Shown here one piece after another: positions 1 to 10,400 of a stretch of 32,000 bases of DNA. The DNA is taken from positions 1,500,001-1,532,000 of the forward strand of contig NZ_CP026606.1 of the NCBI RefSeq assembly GCF_002945325.1, given 5' to 3'. A program made the position numbers and the translations under genes. The stretch's first letter is position 1, and the number at the start of each line of letters is the position of its first letter. The notes beneath the pieces are model-generated. The model ran no database searches, was not told the origin of the DNA, and worked only from the letters and a program-made list of their open reading frames with translations. The stretch is from Methanococcus maripaludis (GTDB taxonomy: Archaea > AGJL01 > Methanococci > Methanococcales > Methanococcaceae).

Positions 1-11
1 GGGTGGATATA

Positions 12-104
12 ATGTTAAGATACGACTTAAAGGCAGAATATAAAATAATATCTCTTTTATTATTATCTACGGTTTTTTGTACGATATTATGTATCGTTGG
101 CTAG
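12..104 (+). CDS. Possible small membrane peptide (30 aa) or C-terminal end of a gene cut by the window edge
   Basis: Manual translation ATG..TAG gives MLRYDLKAEYKIISLLLLSTVFCTILCIVG*. It has a hydrophobic C-terminal half and a GGTG-like SD just upstream. The frame is open to the window edge, so it could be truncated. Confidence 0.3.
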   Translation: MLRYDLKAEYKIISLLLLSTVFCTILCIVG

Positions 105-164
105 TTTATTTTATTTTTCAGGCATTTCTATTATTTTTTTAAAAAAGTTTAAAAATAATTTAAT

Positions 165-1475
165 TTACAAAAGATGGTTTGGAACGATATCTTTTGAAAT
201 CAAATCCGCAAGGGTTTCTCTTGCTCTGATTAATGAAACTTCTTTTTCACTTGTAAGAATCATTGCAGGTTTTCCTCTCGAATTGTAGTTGTTTGCCATA
301 CTGATTCCGTATGCTCCAACATCCAAAATTGCAACAGTATCTTTTACTTCCATTTTTGGAAGTTCTCTATCTTTTCCAAATACGTCAGAACTCTCACAAA
401 GTCCTCCTGCAACGCTTACGACTTCTTTTTCAGCCCTTATTGTACAAGGTGTAATTTCGTGGTATGCTTCATAGATTGCAGGTCTCATCATGTCGTTCAT
501 TCCAGCATCAATCATCACCCATTTTGCAACAGGTGTTTCTTTAACGTGTTCGACAGTTCCAAGTAAAACTCCTGCGGTTGCAACTAAACTTCTTCCAGGT
601 TCTAAAATAAGGTTTGGAAGTTCGATTTTTCCTTCATATTCATAAATTACATCGAGAATTGCTTTTGAGAGGTCTTTTTGAACAGGAATTTTTGTATTTT
701 TATCATATGGAATTCCAAGGCCTCCACCTAAGTTTACATCTCTTATTTTAATTCCTTCGTTTTTAAGTAAAACTACGAAATCCATGATTTTCCTTGCTTC
801 TTCAACGAATGGGCTGATGTACGTTAATTGTGAACCAATGTGGCAGTGAATTCCAACAATTTTCACGTTTTCCATTTTTTCTGCCATTTTAATAGTTTCA
901 AGTGCAATTCCACTTTCAATGTCGAGCCCGAATTTGTTCTTTTTCATTCCTGTTGAAATTTTAGGGTGTGTTTTTGCATCAACGTTTGGATTTACTCTAA
1001 ATGCAACATTTGCAATTTTTCCCATTTCTTTTGCAGTTTCATTAATTAAAACGAGTTCGCTGATGCTGTCAACGTTAAATGCTCTTATTTCAGCTTCAAT
1101 TCCCATTTTAATTTCTTCTTTTAATTTACAGTTTCCGTTAAATACAATTTTTTCGGAAGGAACGTCTGAAAGTTTTGCAATGTACAATTCCCCTGCACTC
1201 ACAATGTCTGCACCGCATCCAAGTTTCGAGAGGAGTCTTGTTACAGCAAGGTTCGTGTTTGCTTTGTATGCAAATGAGATTATGAATTCTTTTCCGGTTT
1301 TTTCAGAGTATTCTTTAAATGATTCCACGTATCTTGTAAAGTTTTTAACTGTTTGGGTTTCACTCATAACGTAGAGTGGCGTTCCGTAAGTACTGGCAAG
1401 TTTGCTTGCATCGTGCCCGTCAATTTTTAAGTTTCCGCCGTCAACGGTAATCATTTCGTTCCCCAAGAATTCCAT
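165..1475 (-). CDS. lysA: Diaminopimelate decarboxylase
   Basis: 436 aa with PLP-decarboxylase fold III features: YGTPLYVMSE, FAYKANTN, GIHCHIGSQ, NLGGGLGIPY, EPGRSLVA, CESSDVFGKDR. The true start may be the internal ATG (MITVDGG) near 1454. Confidence 0.95.
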   Translation of the reverse strand: MEFLGNEMITVDGGNLKIDGHDASKLASTYGTPLYVMSETQTVKNFTRYVESFKEYSEKTGKEFIISFAYKANTNLAVTRLLSKLGCGADIVSAGELYIAKLSDVPSEKIVFNGNCKLKEEIKMGIEAEIRAFNVDSISELVLINETAKEMGKIANVAFRVNPNVDAKTHPKISTGMKKNKFGLDIESGIALETIKMAEKMENVKIVGIHCHIGSQLTYISPFVEEARKIMDFVVLLKNEGIKIRDVNLGGGLGIPYDKNTKIPVQKDLSKAILDVIYEYEGKIELPNLILEPGRSLVATAGVLLGTVEHVKETPVAKWVMIDAGMNDMMRPAIYEAYHEITPCTIRAEKEVVSVAGGLCESSDVFGKDRELPKMEVKDTVAILDVGAYGISMANNYNSRGKPAMILTSEKEVSLIRARETLADLISKDIVPNHLL

Positions 1476-1611
1476 GGTTTCACCATAAGTTGTTTTTTCA
1501 TCATAAGCAGTAATATTATTTAAATATGTCGATAAAATAAGATATATAACTCATCCTTTAATTAATATCTCGTTAAAAAAAGCTCTATCAAAAAAGATTT
1601 TTATAAAGTAA

Positions 1612-2466
1612 TTATTTTAAATTTCTAACGTATTCTGGAGTTGTAACATTTTTTGGAATATTGTGGTGGAATTCACGTCCCAGTTCAAATATTTTGAGGC
1701 ATCTATCTCCAAACCTTTCAACATCTTTTAAAAACATTCCAAATTGTATAAACTGGTTAATATCTTTCAAATTTTCATCAGGATGTTCTGCAATTTTTTC
1801 CATCATCGTATCCAGTTTTTTATGGAGGTTACCTTCTAACTCGTAAATTTCTGTTTCAATCGTTTTACTTTTGACCATATTCATTGCATGAGCAAACATT
1901 TTTGAAATTATCTCTTTTATTTCAAAAACTTCCTTTTTTATTGCAGGGTCAACCAAAAGTCCATTTACGACTTCTTCTGCAATATTTGACAGGTAATCCC
2001 CGCATCTTTCAATATTTGCAGCAATATTTGATACCTGCATTAAACTGTTCATATCCATGTATTTTGAAGCTTTCATTTTAATTACAAGGTTTACTTCATC
2101 TTCCATCCTGTTTAATGCGTAGTCTTCAAGTATAATACTTTTAGCAATATCTAAGTCATGCGTTTTTAAAGAATCAAACACCTTATCTATATTTTGAATA
2201 ACGTTAGTTCCCATTCTATCGAAAGTTTCGTAAATTTCTTTAAAATACCGGTCAGTTTCGATATATTCTTCAAATTCTTTCAATTTTTCAAGATTTACAA
2301 CATAAGGGTGCATTATTGCACCCCCATCAACAAGTGGTTTTAGCAATTTTGCAACATACCGTCTGCTCACGCCTAATCTGTCTGCAATATCGTCTTGAGT
2401 TTCTGGCTCTTCGTCAAGAATAATATTTATTATTGCAGCAAGGGTTGCATCTTTTCCCCTCAGCAT
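1612..2466 (-). CDS. PhoU-domain protein with N-terminal winged-helix/HTH domain
   Basis: N-terminal QDDIADRLGVSRRYVAKLLKPLVDGGAI HTH, followed by helical PhoU-like repeats (AANIERCGDYLSNIAEEV, LKDVERFGDRCLKIFELG). Confidence 0.85.
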   Translation of the reverse strand: MLRGKDATLAAIINIILDEEPETQDDIADRLGVSRRYVAKLLKPLVDGGAIMHPYVVNLEKLKEFEEYIETDRYFKEIYETFDRMGTNVIQNIDKVFDSLKTHDLDIAKSIILEDYALNRMEDEVNLVIKMKASKYMDMNSLMQVSNIAANIERCGDYLSNIAEEVVNGLLVDPAIKKEVFEIKEIISKMFAHAMNMVKSKTIETEIYELEGNLHKKLDTMMEKIAEHPDENLKDINQFIQFGMFLKDVERFGDRCLKIFELGREFHHNIPKNVTTPEYVRNLK

Positions 2467-2569
2467 AGTATCCCCTTTGATGAATTAAATTTCATATAAT
2501 TTGAATAATAGTTCATTAAAAAAGAATATGTTTTAAAAATATATAAATTTAGAGGTTAATATGTGATAA

Positions 2570-3334
2570 TTAGACGTAAGACTTTAAAACTTCTGATTTT
2601 AATTCATCAATTATCATTTTTTTGTATTTTGTGAACTCCGGGCTGGTTCTTTTTCTTGGCCTGTCTAAATCTATATCAATAATGCTTTTTATTTTTCCAG
2701 GTCTTGCAGTCATGACAACAACACGGTCTGACAAATAAACTGCTTCATCAACGCTGTGTGTTACAAAAACGACTGTCTTTTTTTCAGTCTGCCATATTTT
2801 TAAGAGGTGGTCTTGTAAAACTGCTCTTGTCTGTGTATCGAGGGCTCCAAATGGTTCATCCATTAATACAATTTTTGGGTTATTTGCAAGAGTTCTTGCA
2901 ATTGCAACTCTTTGTTGCATTCCACCACTTAATTCATAGGGGTATGAATCACAAAATTCTTCAAGTCCAACCATTTTTATAAATTTTTTGGCAATTTCAA
3001 TTCTTTGTTCTTTCGGGATCTTTTTAATTTCAAGTCCAAAAGTAACGTTTTGTAAAACTGTTTTCCAGGGTAAAAGGGTGTACTGTTGAAATACCATTCC
3101 CCTATCTGCATCAGGGCCCAAAACTTCCTTTTCATCTAAATAAATTCCTCCAGAGCTTGGAGTTTCAAGTCCTGCGATCATTCTTAAAATTGTGGATTTT
3201 CCGCAACCGCTTGGGCCAACGATTGACACAAATTCGTTGTGATTTACTGATAAATCTACATTATCAACTGCAACGAGGTCTTTTTTACCATTTCCAAATT
3301 TTTTGATAAGATTTTTAAGTTCTAAAACTGACAT
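2570..3334 (-). CDS. ABC transporter ATP-binding protein, nitrate/sulfonate/taurine type
   Basis: Walker A GPSGCGKST, signature SGGMQQR, Walker B IVLMDEP, and SsuB/TauB-like FVTHSVDEAVYLSDRVVVMTARPGKI. Confidence 0.92.
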   Translation of the reverse strand: MSVLELKNLIKKFGNGKKDLVAVDNVDLSVNHNEFVSIVGPSGCGKSTILRMIAGLETPSSGGIYLDEKEVLGPDADRGMVFQQYTLLPWKTVLQNVTFGLEIKKIPKEQRIEIAKKFIKMVGLEEFCDSYPYELSGGMQQRVAIARTLANNPKIVLMDEPFGALDTQTRAVLQDHLLKIWQTEKKTVVFVTHSVDEAVYLSDRVVVMTARPGKIKSIIDIDLDRPRKRTSPEFTKYKKMIIDELKSEVLKSYV

Positions 3335-3376
3335 ATTATCTTTTCCGGTTTTAAGTTATTATATTCGAGTTATAAT

Positions 3377-4138
3377 CTATTTCATCATTTTTTTCCAGCA
3401 GAAATATTTCTTTTCAATATATCTTAATCCTTTGTCTAAAATTATTCCAATTATTCCTATAATTATCATCGAAGCTACAACAATGTTCATTTTGCTTAAA
3501 GAATATGCATACATTATCAGGTATCCAAGTCCAGCATCACTTCCGGGAAGCATTTCAGCTGCAACAACACACATCCATGCAATCCCTGCTCCAACTCTAA
3601 GGCCTGTTAAAATGTCAGGGGATGATGCAGGAACTACTACACTTTTTAAAATATCTTTTGTGGAGCCTCCAAGAGTTTTTGCAGCTTCAATCATAATTAC
3701 AGGTACGCTTTTAACTCCTGAAATTGTATTTATCAAAATTGGGAAAAATGCACCAATGAGTATAATAAAGTGCATTGAGGACTCGCCTATTCCAAACCAT
3801 GCAAGAGCAAGTGGAACCCATGCAAGAGGGGGGATGGGCCTCAAAAGTTCCACTGTTGTATCAAATAAATCATTTATAAGTGAATAGTAGCCCATGAGAA
3901 GTCCTAATGGTATTGCAAAAGCACCAGCAATAAAAAATCCAATTAAAACCCTTTTAATGCTTACAATAGTGTTTTCAATTAAATTTCCTGTTCCAAGGAT
4001 TCCAACTCCTGGATTTAAAAGGATTGAAATTACACTTTCAACTTTTGGAAGGATTACTGGATTATTTAAATAAATTGCAAGAGCTTCCCATGCTAAAATT
4101 CCAATAATCGGTAAAGTAAGGTTTTTTAGTATTTTCAT
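3377..4138 (-). CDS. ABC transporter permease, nitrate/sulfonate/taurine type
   Basis: 253 aa, multi-TM, with BPD-type permease motif EAAKTLGGSTKDILKSVVVPASSPDILTGLRVGAGIAWMCVVAAEM. Directly upstream of the ATPase gene on the same strand. Confidence 0.92.
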   Translation of the reverse strand: MKILKNLTLPIIGILAWEALAIYLNNPVILPKVESVISILLNPGVGILGTGNLIENTIVSIKRVLIGFFIAGAFAIPLGLLMGYYSLINDLFDTTVELLRPIPPLAWVPLALAWFGIGESSMHFIILIGAFFPILINTISGVKSVPVIMIEAAKTLGGSTKDILKSVVVPASSPDILTGLRVGAGIAWMCVVAAEMLPGSDAGLGYLIMYAYSLSKMNIVVASMIIIGIIGIILDKGLRYIEKKYFCWKKMMK

Positions 4139-4320
4139 TTAAATTCACCATATTAAAAAACTAAATGACGAGGTTGTTGTTATTAGAATATAAAAAAGTT
4201 TAACTATTTAAATGTAAAACATCCAAAGCAAAATTTTATAGATAATTCGATAAAAAAACGATAATTAATTTCGATTAAGAAAATAAGGCATAAATAAAAA
4301 CTAAAAAATATTAAATAAAT

Positions 4321-4869
4321 TTAAGAAAGCATTGCAATTACAAATCTGGATTCTGCTTTATCAAGTTCTTCAAGCGAGTTTCCTTCGATTACGTAGGTGT
4401 TGTTGTATTTTTCAATAGTTGCAGACTTGTTTGTCCTTTCAATCTGAATGACAAGTGTGTTATTGCTATTTTTAACCTTTTCAATGTCTTGTGTATTGTT
4501 AAACAAAGTTTGGTCAGCAATTGCGTAAGGGTATACATTATTAAAGAAGCTAACTTTTGAAACAAGGTCTGTAATTACGATACCGCCTTCTTCATTTGAA
4601 ATGTTGGAATCATATTCAAAGTATATTATCTTGTATTTTCCACTCGTGTAGTCACTTTTTATCTCTGAATCATTCGTATTTATTAAAGTTGTAGTCATTG
4701 AATCGTTTATCACTGCTCTTAGGGGTACATTTACAGTAGTGTCTCCAAACTGGACTACAAGCGTACTGCCAAAGTCGCTTAAGTCGTCACTTCCGCTGTC
4801 AGGTTTTTCAGTACAGAGGCAAAAACTGCTTAATAAAACGAGCGACAAAATCAAAACAATTTTTTTCAT
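4321..4869 (-). CDS. Small secreted lipoprotein, unknown function
   Basis: 182 aa, signal peptide followed by a lipobox-like SSFCLC sequence. No family recognised. Confidence 0.7.
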   Translation of the reverse strand: MKKIVLILSLVLLSSFCLCTEKPDSGSDDLSDFGSTLVVQFGDTTVNVPLRAVINDSMTTTLINTNDSEIKSDYTSGKYKIIYFEYDSNISNEEGGIVITDLVSKVSFFNNVYPYAIADQTLFNNTQDIEKVKNSNNTLVIQIERTNKSATIEKYNNTYVIEGNSLEELDKAESRFVIAMLS

Positions 4870-4946
4870 GTTTTCACCACATCATAGATTGTTATTGTAT
4901 AACGATTTTAACTTTTTAAATGTATCGAAATCGTTCGTAAAACCTG

Positions 4947-5318
4947 TTAATCCATCATCTGAATGTTTATCCAAAACATGACCAGTCCAACGAGATATTC
5001 AACTTCTTCGTCAGTTAATTCCTTATTTTTTGGAAATTTATGCCATTTTTGGATACATCCTCTACAGCAAGTTGCTGTTGCATGCTGTGCGATAAATACA
5101 GGATGTCCCTTCATTGGAGTCTGTTTTCCATCATTTTTTATGAATCCTGGTTTAATTCTCGTATTTAAAAACTCAAATGCATGGTTTTGGATTTTATTTA
5201 TTCCTTTATTTTTAATATATTCTTTATCTTGATTATTCAATTGAAATTTAGCCCTAAATTCTGATTTCATAAGTTTTTTATAAATTTCTTTGTATTTTTT
5301 GTAATCTGAAATATCCAT
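4947..5318 (-). CDS. DUF4186 family protein
   Basis: Family-typical core HPVFIAQHATATCCRGCIQKWHKFPKNKELTDEEVEYLVGLVMFWI. Confidence 0.8.
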   Translation of the reverse strand: MDISDYKKYKEIYKKLMKSEFRAKFQLNNQDKEYIKNKGINKIQNHAFEFLNTRIKPGFIKNDGKQTPMKGHPVFIAQHATATCCRGCIQKWHKFPKNKELTDEEVEYLVGLVMFWINIQMMD

Positions 5319-5421
5319 AACTATCCCGAAAATAATATAAAAATTTCAAAAACGAAACCCATAGTCTTGTTTCAATTACTGTTTTAAAAAACTTTCACAA
5401 AAAAAGTAAAATATAAAGAAG

Positions 5422-7425
<2,004 letters not shown>

Positions 7426-7481
7426 TTTTACACCCCAAAGAAGAGGATGGCTGAATTTTAATTTTCAGCCATTATTAGTAT

Positions 7482-10400
7482 TTACTGTCCTGCAAAGTTG
7501 CATTCTGAGTCTGAATATGCCCAGTATGCGTAGGTTGGTATAACTTGACTGCCACCATTAAGTTTTATCCATCCACTAGGACTAAATTCAAGTACTTTAG
7601 TAATGGATGGGTATCCTCCAGTGAAGTCACTGCATAACACAGGATCAAGTGATCCACCGTATGTATTTACACCTACAAGGTTCCATCCACAGCAAAGTTG
7701 TATTTCAGGTGGTGTATCTGTAGCTGTTAATGGTACGGTGTATATCGGCATACTTCCTTCGCAGGTACCGATGTATACATAACCTTCAAGTGGTTCGAAT
7801 CCACTTGCTAATTCCCACTGTCCGTCGGTGAATTTCACAAATGAACCGCTTGTAATTCCTGAGTCAGCAACCATTTGTGCTGTATCTACTTTTCCAGGTA
7901 CTGAAAACATTTTCAAGTTTTCAATTTCAATTGAACCTGTACTTTCTGCAGCTTCCGAAATTCCTTTCAGTTCTGCACTGCAATCAACTATTGGGAATCC
8001 ATGTGGGCCAAGTATTGCAGTCTGATTTATTTTAATGCTTATTTCTGTAGTATTGGTAATTATATTACTACTAGATCCAAGGGTAATTATTATCATATGG
8101 TCATTTATTGCACTTTCAGCCATTGTAGCTCCAGTTCCGAAGCTTCCACCGATGATATCAAATCCATCCAATGGGCTTGCAGGATCATAGGAGTCATTAA
8201 TGCTTACTGTGTCATTAAATGTTACTTTTAATGTATTGCATGGTTCGTAGCATGCATTGAGTATTTTTACACATTCTCTATCTACTGTAGTGTTTGTATC
8301 ATTAATTACTGGTATTCCACCATTTTCGATACATATGGCTCTTGTATCAGTCGCTTCCATGTTGTTGCAATCTTCATCGAATGCATAAGCGACAAGACAG
8401 TAGCATCCGTCTTCTAGGATTGTAGTGTCAAACATGTAGCTCCAGAGTCCATCACTACACGTAATTTCATCTGTAATCATGCCTGGAACCCCTTCATCAA
8501 CATACCATAATTCGATAGTGTCGATTACAGGGCAGTTTTCTACAGTTCCTCCAACTTCAATTGTACCGGATTTAACTCCTGAATTTACTGCTGGAGTTAT
8601 TAATGTAATTCCAAAGTTGTTGTCCACATCGATCATGTCTGTATCTGATGCGATTGCGCCTTGACATGGCCAGCCGTATGCTGAAACTCTTATTTCATAG
8701 AGGCCATCCATTGTGCACGTATTAAGATCGATTGTCCATTCCATACCTTCACAGTCACATGTTGTAGGAAGGTATATTACAGATACGCCAGGGAAATTAG
8801 TCCAGTCTCCCATAGGTTCTCCTGTAGGTTCACATATTTTTCTGTATTCAAATTCTAAGTAATCTAAGCACGCGCATTCCGCAGTACCTTCTATTGTAGT
8901 GGTTCCTGCAACTTTAGGTTCAGCTCCAGGTCCTGTAATGTCCACCATTACAAGATTGGAGTCGTATTGTATGCACTCGTATCCTGTTGTTATTGTAGTG
9001 TATGTATTTCCACATGAGTATTCTGCTTCAGCATAAATCTGTGTTGATGCTCCATTCAATATACATGGGTTAAAGCACAGTCCCCACTCCCAGGTACCGT
9101 CGCCAATGTATCTGAAATCTTCAGCAGGTACTTCTCCGAGAAGTCCAAGACTTGCGGAGTATACTTTTACGCTTTCTACTCTTTCATCTACTAAGCATCC
9201 AGTTAGAGTTCCTCTAATAGGTGCTTTATCTCCTGTTACATAGTATACGCAACAGTCAGGGCAGGTTAGATCAATTTCGACAGCGTTATTTACATTAACC
9301 ATTACATTGCTTTCGCTCTGGTCACATGGGCCAGTAACAACTGCTTTTAAGTATAATGGTCCATCTTCAAAGCAGCACGTGTTAAGTGGTGCTTTCCATC
9401 TTCCATCTTCTACATTTACATCAATATCTTCTTTGTATAATGTCCAAGATGTGTTATCTTCTGATACATAGAAGTCTACGTTTGAAACTCCCGCACCGAC
9501 CGCTGTACCGTATACCCAGAAGTTATCGCACACGGTCTGTCCGTCGATTGGTTTTGAGATCGAAACACCTGATGTGTCATCTACATAGACATCCATAACG
9601 TATTCTGCACGTTCAAAGTCTCCGCATTCGTCATTTTCACATGGTTCTACTACTGCTTTTATTTCGTAGTGTCCATTATCAATGCAGTTTACCATGCATG
9701 AAGACCAGGTTACATCCCAGTATGCATAATGGTCCCACCAGTTGAAATTCGGTAAGTTTGGATATAATGGATCTATTCCGTAATCTGTAAAGTCAATGTA
9801 CTGTTCGCTGTTTTTCCAGTTAAGGAATGCGCTGTCCATTGGCAACCAGTTTTCGCTTCCATATTCCCTCCAGTAGAGATCTACATGGTCAGGCAGGCAA
9901 ACGTCGTCAGTATCTGGCCAACACCACCAGCCGCAACAGTCTGCATCTACCCATACGAATCCTCTTATAACTTTACCGTTGTATATTGTGTTTCCTTCGC
10001 AAGGATCAATTATTTCAATGTCAAAATCATTGTATATGCTCGTTCCAATAGGTTCAGATTCAAATTCTCCGCAACCTCCTTCTGCAACACCCCTTATTCT
10101 TACATATCTTCCTTCTTCATCCTGAATATCTTCTGGTGTACACCAGTCAGTTTCCCAGGTTCCTGATTTGAGGCATGCTCCTTCATAAGTCCATGTAATT
10201 GAACTTTCAGTACAGCTTGCATCTTTCCAGCAGTTGTCCCATTCGATATACCATTGGCATCTATCTACCCGTACCATATGTCCAAAGTCGTATTCTAAGT
10301 CTACGTAGTCAGGATAATCTATCCAGCAGGTTGGAACTGAGATATTACCAAATGCAGTAACTGTTCCACTTTGTATGTCGTATACTCTGTAGCAATCATT

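Noticed and set aside
97-288. Plus-strand ORF at lysA 3' end
   Set aside because: It overlaps the lysA C-terminus antisense and is AT-rich, with no recognisable product.
3303-3887. 194-aa plus-strand ORF
   Set aside because: It lies antisense to the permease and ATPase, and the composition is that of a shadow ORF.
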